Positions 53,342-64,000 of a DNA stretch of 64,000 bases are shown in pieces (position 1 is the stretch's first letter; every line of letters starts with the position of its first letter). The notes under the pieces are model-generated. The model saw only the letters and a list, made by a program, of their open reading frames with translations, had not been told where the DNA came from and searched no databases. Location: assembly GCA_036231405.1 (NCBI GenBank), contig JAZAHK010000002.1:1-64000 (forward strand), in the 5' to 3' direction. The DNA is from Nitrospinota bacterium. GTDB taxonomy: Bacteria > UBA8248. Made by a program: the position numbers and the translations under genes.

Positions 53342-54892
53342 ATGGGTGGTTTGCGTTGGAGATTAGGTGTTATTTTGTGTGTACTGCTTGGCACAGGGTA
53401 TTTTATCTATCCTCCTCAAGAACGTATTAATTTAGGTCTTGATTTGCAAGGGGGTATTCACCTTGTGTTGGAGGTTCAGTCTGAAAAGGCGGTAGAATCC
53501 AAGGTAGAAAGATACTATAACGATATTAAAAGTGCTTTGAAACAAAAGGATGTTAGGTTAAGGAAGATTGTAGCAAAGGGTAGAACTCTTAATATTCAAA
53601 TACATAGGGAGAATGATAAAACTAGATTTCTAGAGTTTATGAAAGAATATCCTGATTTTGTTACTACTAAAGTTGTAGGGAATCCTCCGGTTTTTTCATT
53701 CAAAATATCTGAAAAGAATGCCGAAAGAATAAAGGAACAGGCCGTTGAGCAGGCTCTAGAGACAATTAGAAATAGAATAGATCAATTTGGGGTCAGGGAG
53801 CCAACTCTTCAAAGACAGGGTGCTAAAAGAATCATAATTCAATTGCCTGGGGTAGATGATCCTGCACGGGCAAAAGCACTCATAGGGAAGACAGCTCTTT
53901 TAGAATTTAAGATGGTAGATGAGACCAAAAATGTCTCTCAAGTAGTTGAATCTGGTGAAGTTCCTGAAGGATTCCAGTTGATTTATGATGTGAGAAGGGA
54001 TTTAGGAACCGGGAGGACAGTTAAGGGAAGACCTTACCTCGTAAGACGTGAATCTAGTCTCACTGGAAACAGTCTCACTGATGCAAGAGCAACAATTGGA
54101 GATAGATTTAATGAACCTTATGTCAGCATAACCTTCGATAAGGCTGGTTCGGACATCTTTGATCGTGTTACTTCAAACAATGTTGGCAGAAGACTTGCTA
54201 TAGTTCTTGATGGAGTCGTTCATAGTGCTCCAACAATCCAAGAAAGAATAAGTCAAGGACAGGCTCAAATTACAGGTTCCTTTACTTTAGAAGAAGCAAG
54301 TGACCTTGCAATAACACTTCGTGCTGGTGCGCTGCCTGCTCCAGTAGATGTTTTAGAAGAGAGAAATGTAGGTCCTTCTCTTGGTAGTGATTCAATACAA
54401 AGTGGGATAATTAGTATAATAACAGGATTTGTTTTAGTCTTAATCTTCATGGCGGTTTACTATAAGCTTAGTGGATTAATTGCTATTTTAGCCTTGCTCC
54501 TCAACTTATTTATACTTTCCGGAGCATTGGGACTATTCGGAGCTACTTTAACACTTCCAGGTATCGCAGGAATAGTTTTGACTGTAGGTATGGCGGTAGA
54601 CGCCAATGTACTTATTTTTGAAAGGATTCGTGAAGAACTTAGACTTGGAAAAACAGTTCGTTCCGCTATTGATTATGGTTTTGGTAAAGCTTTCTTAACT
54701 ATTTTAGACGCTAATATTACCACTTTAATTGCTGCACTCGTACTGTTGCAGTTTGGAACTGGTCCTATAAAAGGTTTTGCAGTGACTCTTAGTATAGGAA
54801 TAGTTGCAAGTATGTTTACCGCAATTTTCTGTACGCGATTCGTTTATGATTCTTTTCTTTCCTCTAAGGATGTCAGGAGTTTGAGTATTTAA
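53342..54892 (+). CDS. secD: Protein translocase subunit SecD
   Basis: LGLDLQGG, RIDQFGV.EP, LRAGALPAP, GMAVDANVLIFERIREE. Confidence 0.97.
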   Translation: MGGLRWRLGVILCVLLGTGYFIYPPQERINLGLDLQGGIHLVLEVQSEKAVESKVERYYNDIKSALKQKDVRLRKIVAKGRTLNIQIHRENDKTRFLEFMKEYPDFVTTKVVGNPPVFSFKISEKNAERIKEQAVEQALETIRNRIDQFGVREPTLQRQGAKRIIIQLPGVDDPARAKALIGKTALLEFKMVDETKNVSQVVESGEVPEGFQLIYDVRRDLGTGRTVKGRPYLVRRESSLTGNSLTDARATIGDRFNEPYVSITFDKAGSDIFDRVTSNNVGRRLAIVLDGVVHSAPTIQERISQGQAQITGSFTLEEASDLAITLRAGALPAPVDVLEERNVGPSLGSDSIQSGIISIITGFVLVLIFMAVYYKLSGLIAILALLLNLFILSGALGLFGATLTLPGIAGIVLTVGMAVDANVLIFERIREELRLGKTVRSAIDYGFGKAFLTILDANITTLIAALVLLQFGTGPIKGFAVTLSIGIVASMFTAIFCTRFVYDSFLSSKDVRSLSI

Positions 54893-55797
54893 TGGAGTTA
54901 ATAAGACCAGACATTAATTTGGACTTTGTAGGAAAGAGAAAATTTTTTCTTATGCTCTCTACATTGTTGATTGCACTCTCTTTTCTTGTCCTTTTTTCTA
55001 AGGGAATTAATTACGGTATTGATTTTACGGGTGGGACCCTTGTTCAAGTACAATTTAAAAAGCAAATAGATATTTCAAAGTTAAGGTCGTCTTTAAAACC
55101 TCTTCCTTTAGGCGATACTGTCATACAAAATTTTGGTTCGGAAAAAGAATTTTTAATTAGAGTTCAAAAAAGTTCTCGTTCTGTTAAGGGTTTAGAAAAT
55201 AACATAAAAGTAGCTTTGGTAAATAATTTTGGGAAGGGTTCTTTTAAGATCAGAAGAACTGAAATGGTGGGCCCAAAAGTAGGTGCAGATCTTCGAAAAA
55301 AGGCTTTAAGTAGCATGTTTTTTGCTCTTATAGGAATATTGATTTATGTTAGTTTTAGGTTTAGATTCCGTCAGGCAATAGCTTCAGTGATAGCTCTTAT
55401 CCATGATGTTTTAATTACTGTGGCAGTTTTTGCATTTTCCGGAAAAGAGTTTAGTCTTCCAATAGTTGCTGCTGTCTTAACAATAATTGGTTATTCTCTA
55501 AACGACACCATAGTTGTTTTTGACAGAATCAGAGAAAATTCTCTGAGGAGTAGACGTCAGGGATTCTCCGAAGTAGTCAATATGTCAATTAATCAGACAC
55601 TTTCTAGGACTATTCTTACATCGGGGACGACTTTGGTTGCAGTGCTTGCCTTTCTTTTTCTTGGTGGAGAAATTATCTCGGACGTGGCATTTACCCTCGT
55701 AGTAGGAATTATAGCAGGTACATACTCTTCTATTTATGTCGCGAGTTCTTTTTTGCTGGTTTCATACCGAAGTGGAGAAAAACAGAAAAAGAAATAA
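54892..55797 (+). CDS. secF: Protein translocase subunit SecF
   Basis: GIDFTGGT, VGPKVG, HDV, GYSLNDTIVVFDRIRE. Confidence 0.97.
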   Translation: MELIRPDINLDFVGKRKFFLMLSTLLIALSFLVLFSKGINYGIDFTGGTLVQVQFKKQIDISKLRSSLKPLPLGDTVIQNFGSEKEFLIRVQKSSRSVKGLENNIKVALVNNFGKGSFKIRRTEMVGPKVGADLRKKALSSMFFALIGILIYVSFRFRFRQAIASVIALIHDVLITVAVFAFSGKEFSLPIVAAVLTIIGYSLNDTIVVFDRIRENSLRSRRQGFSEVVNMSINQTLSRTILTSGTTLVAVLAFLFLGGEIISDVAFTLVVGIIAGTYSSIYVASSFLLVSYRSGEKQKKK

Positions 55798-55801
55798 TTT
55801 C

Positions 55802-57025
55802 TTATTCACTACCTTTATGTTTTAATTCACTGTTGGTTTTGATTCGAAGTGCGTTCAAGTTAATGAAACCTTCCGCATCTTTCTGAGAGTAAACTGAATC
55901 TTTTTCAAATGTGGCTAAATCTTCCCTGTATAGATTGTATTCTGATGGAGCTTTTCTTCCCACAGTTCTGCATAATCCTTTAAAAAGCTTTACCTTGGCT
56001 GTGCCGAAAACAGAAAGCATGGAATTATCAATAGAGGCTTGTAAGAATTTCCTTTCAGGGGAATACCAGAAACCATTATAAACTAATTTTGCATATTCTG
56101 GCATTAACGAATTCTTCAAATGGATAACTTCTTTGTCTAAAGTTAAAGACTCTACGGCTTTTTTCGCTTCGTGGAGTACTGTGCCTCCAGGCGTTTCGTA
56201 TACACCTCTACTCTTCATGCCGATGAATCTATTTTCTACTATATCAACCCTACCAATTCCGTTTTCACCAGCAATATTGTTTAGATTTGTAAGAAGTTCT
56301 AACGGAGACATCTTCATTCCGTCCAATTCAACCGGATTCCCTTCTTCGTAGGTTATGTCAACGTAAGATGGGGTGTCAGGGGTATCTTCGATTGATTTGG
56401 TTAATCTATACATATCTTCTGGTGGTTCTACCCAAGGGTCTTCAAGAATTCCGCCCTCGAAGCTGATATGAAATAGGTTCCTATCAGTCGAAAACGGCTT
56501 TTCATTGCTTACAGGAATAGGAATTTTATGTTTTTTTGCGAAATCAATGAGCTCAGTTCTTCCTCCAAATTCCCACTCTCTCCAAGGCGAGAGAACTTTC
56601 AATGAAGGGTTAAATGCAGCGTAAGTCAGTTCGAATCGAATCTGATCGTTTCCCTTGCCAGTTGCACCATGGGCAACAGTGTCTGCCCCCGTTTTTTTTG
56701 CGATTTCCACTTGTCCTTTTGCTATTATAGGTCTAGCTATAGAAGTTCCAAGGAGATAGGAATTTTCATAAATTGCACCTGCTCTCAATATTGGGAAAAT
56801 GAAATCCGAAGCAAATTCTTCTTTCAAATCGAGAATATGACATTCTTCTGCTCCAGTTTCTAATGCCTTTTTTTCTAATCCTTTTAGTTCTTCATCTCCT
56901 TGCCCAACATTTGCAGCATATGCAACAATTGGACAATTGTATGTTTCTTTTATCCATTTGAGCATTACTGATGTGTCTAGGCCACCAGAATAGGCAAGAA
57001 CAACTTTATTCGGTTTTAAATTCAT
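55802..57025 (-). CDS. argG: Argininosuccinate synthase
   Basis: LAYSGGLDTS, HGATGKGNDQ.RFE, GMKSRGVYETPGG. Confidence 0.98.
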   Translation of the reverse strand: MNLKPNKVVLAYSGGLDTSVMLKWIKETYNCPIVAYAANVGQGDEELKGLEKKALETGAEECHILDLKEEFASDFIFPILRAGAIYENSYLLGTSIARPIIAKGQVEIAKKTGADTVAHGATGKGNDQIRFELTYAAFNPSLKVLSPWREWEFGGRTELIDFAKKHKIPIPVSNEKPFSTDRNLFHISFEGGILEDPWVEPPEDMYRLTKSIEDTPDTPSYVDITYEEGNPVELDGMKMSPLELLTNLNNIAGENGIGRVDIVENRFIGMKSRGVYETPGGTVLHEAKKAVESLTLDKEVIHLKNSLMPEYAKLVYNGFWYSPERKFLQASIDNSMLSVFGTAKVKLFKGLCRTVGRKAPSEYNLYREDLATFEKDSVYSQKDAEGFINLNALRIKTNSELKHKGSE

Positions 57026-57027
57026 GA

Positions 57028-57954
57028 TTATGTCCCGAGCAAAAATTTAAGTAGTGTCTTTTGACAATGCATTCTATTTTCTGCTTGTTTATACACAATA
57101 CTTCTTTTCCCATCTAATACGGTACTTGTTACTTCTTCTCCGCGGTGAGCAGGTAAACAATGCATGAAAACAGCATCCTTCTGCGTGATTTTAAACAATT
57201 CTTCATCAACCTGATATGGTGATAGTAATTTTGTTCGAATTTTTTTTTCTTCCTCATCTCCCATAGATACCCATACATCCGTATATATTGCTACCGCATC
57301 GCGGCAGACAGTATCAATATCATCAGAAATTTTAATTTCTGAACCCGTAGATTTTCCTATTTTTATTGCTTGTTTTACGACATTTTGATTAGGAAACAAT
57401 TTCGGTGGACAAGCTGCATGTATGTTTATCCCAAGCATTGCTCCCAAAACAAGAAGTGAATGTAAAACATTGTTCCCGTCTCCTAAGTAGCTTATTTTTA
57501 ACCCTTTAAGATCTCCAAATTCCTCTTTTAAAGTCATGTAATCAGCAAGTGCTTGACAAGGATGGTAAAGGTCGGTTAATCCGTTTATAATGGGAATTGT
57601 AGAATTTAAAGCCAGTTTTTCAATGGTCCCATGATTGAATGTTCTCACTACAATTGCGTCTAGGTATAAACTAAGCACTCTCGCAGTGTCTGCGACTGAT
57701 TCTCCTCTAGATAACTGTGTCTCATTTTGAGTGAGAAAGATTGTGTTCCCAGCAAGCTGATAGACACCGCTTTCAAAAGATACACGAGTCCTTGTAGATT
57801 GTTTTTCAAAAAGAAGACCAATAGTCTTATCTTTTAGTGCCAAATCGGATCCACCATTTTTAAAAAATTCTTTTTCTTGTATTGATGAATCTATTAAATT
57901 TGACAATTCTTCTGGTTTTAATTCGTCTCCAATAAGAAAGTCTTGGTTCTTCAC
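57028..57954 (-). CDS. argF: Ornithine carbamoyltransferase
   Basis: STRTR, HPCQ, YTDVWVSMG, HCLP. Confidence 0.97.
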   Translation of the reverse strand: MKNQDFLIGDELKPEELSNLIDSSIQEKEFFKNGGSDLALKDKTIGLLFEKQSTRTRVSFESGVYQLAGNTIFLTQNETQLSRGESVADTARVLSLYLDAIVVRTFNHGTIEKLALNSTIPIINGLTDLYHPCQALADYMTLKEEFGDLKGLKISYLGDGNNVLHSLLVLGAMLGINIHAACPPKLFPNQNVVKQAIKIGKSTGSEIKISDDIDTVCRDAVAIYTDVWVSMGDEEEKKIRTKLLSPYQVDEELFKITQKDAVFMHCLPAHRGEEVTSTVLDGKRSIVYKQAENRMHCQKTLLKFLLGT

Positions 57955-57955
57955 T

Positions 57956-59143
57956 CTACAATTCCTTAAGGCTAGTGTCTAAAAATTCAACAAAAATATC
58001 TATCATTTCTTTTTCTACTATTAAGGGAGGTAATAGGCGTACTATATTTCCTAATGCAACGTTCAGTAGAATGCCATTGTCAATACCTTTAAGGACAATA
58101 GAACTTACATCTTGATCTATCTCACATCCGATAATAAGTCCTTTTCCTCGAACCTCTTCAACAATAGAGTGTTTATCCGCAACTACTTTTAGTTGTGCTA
58201 AAGCGTATTTTCCCATTTCTGTAACGTGATTCAAAAAACCTTCTGAAACTATGACATCTAAAGCAGCGCAACCAGCAGCGGAAGCGAGAGGATTCCCACC
58301 AAAAGTAGAAGCATGATCTCCAGGTTCAAATGCCATTGCTGAATTTGATGAAATCAAAGCTCCTATTGCTGTTCCCCCCGCTAAACCTTTAGCAACGCTC
58401 ATGATATCTGGTTCGATTCCGTAATTTTCGTGAGCCCAAAGCTTTCCCGTTCTTCCCATGCCAACTTGAACTTCGTCGAATATAAGTAGCAGTTCATTGT
58501 CGTCACATATTCGTCTTAAATCACTTAAGAAATTATCTGGAGGAACATTTACTCCTCCTTCCCCTTGTATTGGTTCCACCAAAATGGCACATGTTTTTTT
58601 CGACAACAACTTCTCAACTTCTTCTATATTTCCAAATTCTGCATATTGAAAACCGTCAAGAAGAGGAGAGAATCCTTTGTGGTATTTGTCTTGTCCGGTT
58701 GCAGTGAGTGACGCCATTGTTCGGCCATGAAAGCTCATTTTGAATGAAATTATTTCATGACGGTCTTCTCCAAAATTTTTAAAAGAAAATTTTCTTGCAA
58801 GTTTAATTGCGGATTCCACTGCTTCCGTCCCGCTATTACAAAAAAACACTTTTTCTCCGAAAGAGTGTTTACAAAGTTTTTCTGCAAGGTGAATTTGTGG
58901 CTCTATATGGTATAGATTCGAAACATGAAGAAGTTTCTCTGCTTGGTCCTTTAATGCTTCAACAACTTTTGGATGACAATGTCCTAGATTGCAAACAGCT
59001 AATCCAGAAACAAAATCTAAATATTTTTTTCCATCGGAATCCCAGACGTGGCAACCTTCACCTTTGGTTAAAGCTAGATTGTATCTTCCATATGTAGGAG
59101 CTACGTAATTTGAAGCAGTAGAAATGATATCTTGATTATTCAT
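57956..59143 (-). CDS. argD: Acetylornithine aminotransferase
   Basis: FHGRT, EPIQGEGG, DEVQ.G.GRTG, HASTFGGNP; arg cluster context. Confidence 0.95.
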   Translation of the reverse strand: MNNQDIISTASNYVAPTYGRYNLALTKGEGCHVWDSDGKKYLDFVSGLAVCNLGHCHPKVVEALKDQAEKLLHVSNLYHIEPQIHLAEKLCKHSFGEKVFFCNSGTEAVESAIKLARKFSFKNFGEDRHEIISFKMSFHGRTMASLTATGQDKYHKGFSPLLDGFQYAEFGNIEEVEKLLSKKTCAILVEPIQGEGGVNVPPDNFLSDLRRICDDNELLLIFDEVQVGMGRTGKLWAHENYGIEPDIMSVAKGLAGGTAIGALISSNSAMAFEPGDHASTFGGNPLASAAGCAALDVIVSEGFLNHVTEMGKYALAQLKVVADKHSIVEEVRGKGLIIGCEIDQDVSSIVLKGIDNGILLNVALGNIVRLLPPLIVEKEMIDIFVEFLDTSLKEL

Positions 59144-59161
59144 AAGATGAGCCTTTTTATT

Positions 59162-60034
59162 TTAATTTATAATTTCTGTGCCGACTCCTTCATCAGTGAA
59201 TACTTCTAGTAGAAGAGCATGAGGGGTTCTCCCATCTATTATATGCGTTTTTTTTACTCCACATGAAAGTGCATCGAGGCACGCTCTAGTCTTAGGGATC
59301 ATTCCGCCTTCTATCACTTTTTCTTCTTGCAATTTCTGTACCTTGTCCTTGTTGATTGATCCTATTAATGTTCCATTTTTGTCCAGAATACCTTCAACAT
59401 CAGTTAGCAGGATAAATTTTTCAGCCTCTAAAGAACCGGCAATAGCTCCAGCAGCTTCATCTGCATTAATATTAAAAACATTTCCTTCCTCATCTACTCC
59501 CAAGGGTGCAATCACAGGGATGTAGTCTCCTGCTGTAAGATAATGAATTATTTGAGGGTTAATTTTGTTCACTTTTCCAACCCTACCTAAGTCAATTTCT
59601 TGTTTTTTGCCATTACTCTCTTTTGTCAGTGTAATTTTCATGGCTTTTGTAAGTCCGGCATCCGAACCTGATAAACCTACAGCTTTACCCCCTTGTTGAT
59701 TAATGAGCCTGACTATGCTTTTGTTAGTTGACCCTGACAAAACCATTTCTACTATGTTAAGAGTTTCTTCGTCTGTGACTCTAAGTCCTTCTATGAATTC
59801 ACTTGTTTTCCCTAATTTTTCTAAAGTTTCAGCTATCTGAGGACCTCCACCGTGTACTATTACTACATTGATTCCAATGAATTTAAGTAAGACAACGTCT
59901 TCTGCGAATAATTTATTTAACCCAGTTTCAGTTTGCGCAGAACCTCCGTACTTAATGACAATTGTTTTGCCAGAAAATTTTTTGATATATGGTAGAGCCT
60001 CAATTAAAGTAGACGCAGACCCTTTTTTTGTCAT
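59162..60034 (-). CDS. argB: Acetylglutamate kinase
   Basis: EALPYI, IKYGG, VHGGGP, NINAD, GGMIPK. Confidence 0.97.
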   Translation of the reverse strand: MTKKGSASTLIEALPYIKKFSGKTIVIKYGGSAQTETGLNKLFAEDVVLLKFIGINVVIVHGGGPQIAETLEKLGKTSEFIEGLRVTDEETLNIVEMVLSGSTNKSIVRLINQQGGKAVGLSGSDAGLTKAMKITLTKESNGKKQEIDLGRVGKVNKINPQIIHYLTAGDYIPVIAPLGVDEEGNVFNINADEAAGAIAGSLEAEKFILLTDVEGILDKNGTLIGSINKDKVQKLQEEKVIEGGMIPKTRACLDALSCGVKKTHIIDGRTPHALLLEVFTDEGVGTEIIN

Positions 60035-60102
60035 GATAAATCCCTCTAAAACAAATAAAAAGCAGAGCTATTATTTCTAAGAAAACAGAAAACTGAATGT
60101 TT

Positions 60103-61461
60103 TTATAGTATATATCTTGTTAAGTCAATGTTTTCAGCAATTTCAGAGATAGCTTTTTCAACATAAGGTTTGTCTATGGTTATAGTTTTTTTTTCTAATT
60201 CGGGAGCATTGAAAGAGATATCCTCTATAAGGCGTTCCATAATCGTATGTAATCTTCTTGCACCTATGTTTTCATTTTGCTCATTAATTTTGCATGCAAA
60301 ATCGGCAATTCCATCTATTGAGTCGTCTGAAAAAGAAAGAGTAATTCCTTCCGTTTCAAGAAGTGCGATGTATTGCCTGATTAAAGCGTTGCGTGGTTCT
60401 TTAAGAATACGAATGAAATCGTCCTTTTCGAGTGAACTTAATTCTACACGAATAGGAAATCTCCCTTGAAGTTCGGGAAGAAGGTCGGATGGTTTGGAAA
60501 TGTGAAATGCTCCAGCTGCAATAAAAAGTATATGATCAGTTTTTACAGGACCATATTTTGTTTGAACTGTAGAACCTTCAACAATTGGGAGTAAATCTCT
60601 TTGGACACCTTCTCTAGAAACATCTGGACTCTGATTACTGTTTCCGCCTGATGCTACTTTATCGATTTCATCAAGGAAAACAATTCCTGCCTGTTCTGTC
60701 CTATTAATAGCTTCTTGATTTACATTTTCAGGGTCAATTAATTTATCAGCTTCTTCTTGCGCTAACACCTCGAACGCCTCAGGGACTTTAATGCGACGTT
60801 TTTTCGGCTTTGAAGGCATCAGTCCACCCATTATATCTTTGATATTCATTCCTAACTGTTCGAGATCGTTCCCAGCCATTAAGTGTATTTCGGGGCTTTT
60901 TTCAGAGACCTCAATTTCTACCTCTCTGTCGTCAAGTTTGCCATCCAAAAGTAGTTTATGAAATTTCTCTCTTGTTCTTTTGTAAGACTCTTCCCCTAGT
61001 GGATCCTTTGTTTGTCCTCTCTCGTCAACATCTCCAAAACCAGTGGGTTTTGGGAGTAAAAGATCTAAGAGTCTTTCTTCTGCATTTTCTTGTGCGGTGG
61101 CTTTGTTAAGTTCTCTTTGCTCTTCTTGTACTATGTTCCTGGATAATTCTGTTAGGTCTCTAATGATGCTCTCGACATCTCTCCCTACATATCCAACTTC
61201 CGTGAATTTGCTAGCTTCTATTTTTATAAATGGACTTTTAGTTAAGCGAGCTAGTCTCCTAGCAATTTCTGTTTTTCCAACTCCAGTTGGACCTATCATA
61301 ATGATATTCTTGGGAGCGACGTCGTCTCTCATATCTGAAGAAAGTTGTTGTCTTCTCCAGCGATTTCTTAACGCAATTGAGACAGCTCTTTTAGCTTCAC
61401 TTTGTCCAATAACGTATTTATCTAGTTCTTTTACAATCTGGGATGGTGTTAGATTTTCCAT
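60103..61461 (-). CDS. hslU: HslUV protease ATPase subunit
   Basis: [29 protein letters not shown]. Confidence 0.98.
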   Translation of the reverse strand: MENLTPSQIVKELDKYVIGQSEAKRAVSIALRNRWRRQQLSSDMRDDVAPKNIIMIGPTGVGKTEIARRLARLTKSPFIKIEASKFTEVGYVGRDVESIIRDLTELSRNIVQEEQRELNKATAQENAEERLLDLLLPKPTGFGDVDERGQTKDPLGEESYKRTREKFHKLLLDGKLDDREVEIEVSEKSPEIHLMAGNDLEQLGMNIKDIMGGLMPSKPKKRRIKVPEAFEVLAQEEADKLIDPENVNQEAINRTEQAGIVFLDEIDKVASGGNSNQSPDVSREGVQRDLLPIVEGSTVQTKYGPVKTDHILFIAAGAFHISKPSDLLPELQGRFPIRVELSSLEKDDFIRILKEPRNALIRQYIALLETEGITLSFSDDSIDGIADFACKINEQNENIGARRLHTIMERLIEDISFNAPELEKKTITIDKPYVEKAISEIAENIDLTRYIL

Positions 61462-62009
61462 TAAAGAGTTTCCACGGAGATGTTGCTATTTGTGTAAATA
61501 CATATCTCGGATGTGATTTGAAGAGCTCGTTTGACAATTTCCTCTGCAGAAATACTTGGCTCTAAACTCATCATTCCTCTTGCCGCAGACATCGCAATAG
61601 TGCCTCCACTTCCTATTCCAATGATGCCGTCATCAGGTTCAATTATATCGCCAGTGCCGGATAATATTAAACTTTTCTCCTCGTCAATAACTGCTAAAAG
61701 AGCTTCTAATCTTCTTAAAATTCTATCCGTTCTCCAATCTTTACCCAATTCCACGGCAGCACGCGATAGTTGGCCATCATATTCTTCTAATTTTGCCTCA
61801 AATTTCTCAAATAGAGTTATAGCATCAGAAGCCGAACCTGCAAATCCAGCAAGTATTTTACCTGTGGAGAGTCTCCTGATTTTTTTTGCAGAATGCTTGA
61901 CAATGGAATCTCCCATAGTTACTTGTCCGTCACCCCCAATGACAGTTTGCCCATTGTGCCTTAGGGCTAAGATAGTAGTAGAACGGATAACTTGTTTTTC
62001 ATTTTTCAT
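61461..62009 (-). CDS. hslV: HslUV protease peptidase subunit
   Basis: Short propeptide then TTIL, GDGQVT, GFAGS, GSGG, ICIYTN. Confidence 0.98.
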   Translation of the reverse strand: MKNEKQVIRSTTILALRHNGQTVIGGDGQVTMGDSIVKHSAKKIRRLSTGKILAGFAGSASDAITLFEKFEAKLEEYDGQLSRAAVELGKDWRTDRILRRLEALLAVIDEEKSLILSGTGDIIEPDDGIIGIGSGGTIAMSAARGMMSLEPSISAEEIVKRALQITSEICIYTNSNISVETL

Positions 62010-62945
62010 TTAGGATCCTTTTGATAAGTTTCTATTTTTTCTTGTTTTTGCCCTTGGGTGAGAACGGTCATACACTTTTTGTAATTGTTGAAAGTTTACC
62101 TGTGTGTAAATTTGAGTTGTAGAAAGACTTGAATGTCCTAGCAATTTTTGTATTGTTCTGAGATCAGTATTATTTTCCATTAAATGTGTAGCAGTACTAT
62201 GACGCAGAGAGTGTGGTGTGAATACATAGCCAAAATCTCCTTTGATTCTATATTTTTTTAGAATTCGTCTGACACTTTCTGGAGACATTCTATTGCCTCT
62301 CGTGTTAATAAGTAAAGGAAAACTAGTAGTATTTCTAAAATTCCTATCATGACCTAAATGTTTCACTATAGATTCCTTAGCTCTTCTAGTTATTGGGACT
62401 ATTCTTTCTTTTTTCCCTTTTCCTTTAACGTGAATCATTCTATTTTCGATGTCTATATCGCCTGAGTTTAGTTGTGTTAATTCGCTTACTCTCAGTCCAG
62501 TGCCATATAGTATTTCTAAGATTATACTGTCTCTCAATCCTTCTTTTGAAGTAGTATCCACCATATCCATCAATTGGACTGCATCATCAACAGGAAGAAA
62601 AGATGGTAATTTCTTCTTTTTTTTCGGGAGTTCAATGTTGTCTGTAGGATTCAATTTAATCTTGCCTTGTTTCTGCAAGAAAAGGTAAAAACTCCTTAGG
62701 CTAGCGATATGACGATTGGAAGTTGTAGCACTAATTCTTCGCTTATGTAATTCTGTTAAATAACTCCTTATGGTTAATTTGTCAACTAATAGGAAGTCTG
62801 GTTTCTTCTTGTTTAAAAATTTACATAGGAAATTTTTAAAGCTGGATAGATCATTTGAATACGCCCTTATTGTATGAGATGAATATCCCATCTCGACGGA
62901 CATTTTTTTCTTGAACGCTTGTATTAGTGTATCTATATCTTGCAC
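62010..62945 (-). CDS. xerC: Tyrosine recombinase XerC
   Basis: GLRVSEL, GKGKKER, PHSLRHS.ATH, LLGHSSLSTTQIY; trmFO-xerC-hslVU context; GTG 62945 after GAGG. Confidence 0.9.
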   Translation of the reverse strand: MQDIDTLIQAFKKKMSVEMGYSSHTIRAYSNDLSSFKNFLCKFLNKKKPDFLLVDKLTIRSYLTELHKRRISATTSNRHIASLRSFYLFLQKQGKIKLNPTDNIELPKKKKKLPSFLPVDDAVQLMDMVDTTSKEGLRDSIILEILYGTGLRVSELTQLNSGDIDIENRMIHVKGKGKKERIVPITRRAKESIVKHLGHDRNFRNTTSFPLLINTRGNRMSPESVRRILKKYRIKGDFGYVFTPHSLRHSTATHLMENNTDLRTIQKLLGHSSLSTTQIYTQVNFQQLQKVYDRSHPRAKTRKNRNLSKGS

Positions 62946-64000
62946 AGTAATTTTTCCTCTTTCCATTTTTCCAAATCACTCAATGCTCGTGTGATGAGAG
63001 TATTTCTTCTCTCTTCTTTTTTTCTTATTGAGTCTTTCAAAGTCGGAAAAATGCCAAAATTAACATTCATAGGCTGAAAATCTTCAGATGCAGATTCTGT
63101 AATATATCGGTTGAGAGCACCTATCGCAGTGGTTGAAGGTGGTATCGGTGGTTCTTCGCCTCTTAAACTAGAGACCGCGTACAATCCAGCTAAAAGACCT
63201 ATCGCAGCAGATTCGACATATCCCTCTACACCAGTCAGTTGTCCCGCAAAAAATAGGGTCTTGTTTTCCTTTAACTGCAAATTTAGATTCAATAATCTAG
63301 GTGAATGTATATATGTATTTCTATGTAAACTACCATATCTTAAAAATTTAACGTTTGATAATGCTGGTAGAGTTGAGAAAATTCGTCTTTGTTCTGGATA
63401 TCTCAATCTAGTTTGAAATCCAACAATAGAATAGAATTCTCCAGTTAGATTCTCTTTTCGAAGTTGGATAACTGCATAAAATCTTTCTCTGTTTTTTGGG
63501 TTTTCTATACCAATTGGTTTCATAGACCCATAAGCAAGCGTATCGACCCCTCTAGATGCCATTACTTCTATTGGAAGGCAGCCTTCAAAAAAAATTGCTT
63601 TTTCGAAATCTCTTAGAGCTATTTTTTCCCCTTTAGTTAGTTCATTTATAAAGTTCGTGTATTGGTCTTTACTCAATCCTATGTTGATATAATCACCTCC
63701 CTCCTCAGAAGAGCCTTTGCCGTATCTTGAACCAAAGAATGCGATAGACATGTCTATACTATCACCATATATGATTGGAGAAATCGCATCATAAAAGTAA
63801 AGATATTTTTCGTTTGTTAATTTTTTAATTTCTTCAGACAAGGAATCGCTCGTCAGGGGACCGGTTGCAATAATGGTAGTTTTATCTTTAAAAAAATCAA
63901 GACTTTCAATTTCTTCTCTGATTAAATTTATTTTGGGATTGCTTTTAATTGCTTTGGTAACGCTCTCACTAAAAATTTCTCTGTCGACAGCGAGTGCAGT
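62933..64000 (-). CDS. trmFO: FAD/folate-dependent tRNA (uracil54-C5)-methyltransferase, 5' end outside window
   Basis: Frame open to the window edge (ALAVDRE...IATGPLTS); FEGCLPIE, VGFQT, HRNTY, AGQLTGVEGYVES, FQPMNVNFG. Confidence 0.96.
   Translation of the reverse strand, partial: TALAVDREIFSESVTKAIKSNPKINLIREEIESLDFFKDKTTIIATGPLTSDSLSEEIKKLTNEKYLYFYDAISPIIYGDSIDMSIAFFGSRYGKGSSEEGGDYINIGLSKDQYTNFINELTKGEKIALRDFEKAIFFEGCLPIEVMASRGVDTLAYGSMKPIGIENPKNRERFYAVIQLRKENLTGEFYSIVGFQTRLRYPEQRRIFSTLPALSNVKFLRYGSLHRNTYIHSPRLLNLNLQLKENKTLFFAGQLTGVEGYVESAAIGLLAGLYAVSSLRGEEPPIPPSTTAIGALNRYITESASEDFQPMNVNFGIFPTLKDSIRKKEERRNTLITRALSDLEKWKEEKLLCKI

Noticed and set aside
62010..62945. Tyrosine recombinase as a prophage or island integrase
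   Set aside because: Size, motifs and trmFO-xerC-hslVU context indicate housekeeping XerC; no att repeats, tRNA target or cargo genes nearby.

Overview
AT-rich, very densely coded bacterial core-genome segment with about 60 housekeeping CDS, mostly on the + strand. I found no rRNA, tRNA, CRISPR array, transposase, phage gene or defence island. Contents in order: partial citE-like lyase and a 2-oxoacid dehydrogenase E1a/E1b/E2 operon (- strand); pfkB-rsmD; SDR, leuA, mnmA; HIT; prpD-like; DUF484; HIBADH-like; PEGA lipoprotein; rplU-rpmA-obgE-proB-nadD-rsfS-dksA-rpiB-nrdR-eno-tkt; ctpA-tsaD-dusB-SDR; LpoA-like lipoprotein; aroB-aroQ-pepP-efp-NIPSNAP; pmm-dedA-manC-uppP (-); plsC-dciA-TPR-lolB-like-ispE-prs-rplY-pth-hppA-rpsF-ssb-rpsR-rplI-dnaB-alr-mlaF-tgt-yajC-secDF; trmFO-xerC-hslVU-argBDFG (-). 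The gene order resembles Desulfobacterota/Nitrospinota-type diderm genomes (inference, no search run). I cannot support a large novel multi-gene system here. The best leads are small: (1) a DARS-like cluster of three DnaA boxes with IHF-like sites in the rsmD-SDR intergenic region, far from dnaA; (2) a translationally coupled PMM-DedA-ManC-UppP operon that may be an undecaprenyl-phosphate recycling module; (3) an ambiguous, probably non-canonical (ATC) start for rsfS; (4) a LolB-like lipoprotein at the lolB syntenic position; (5) zinc-free DksA and S18; (6) many conserved operons missing a usual member, including an orphan MlaF.
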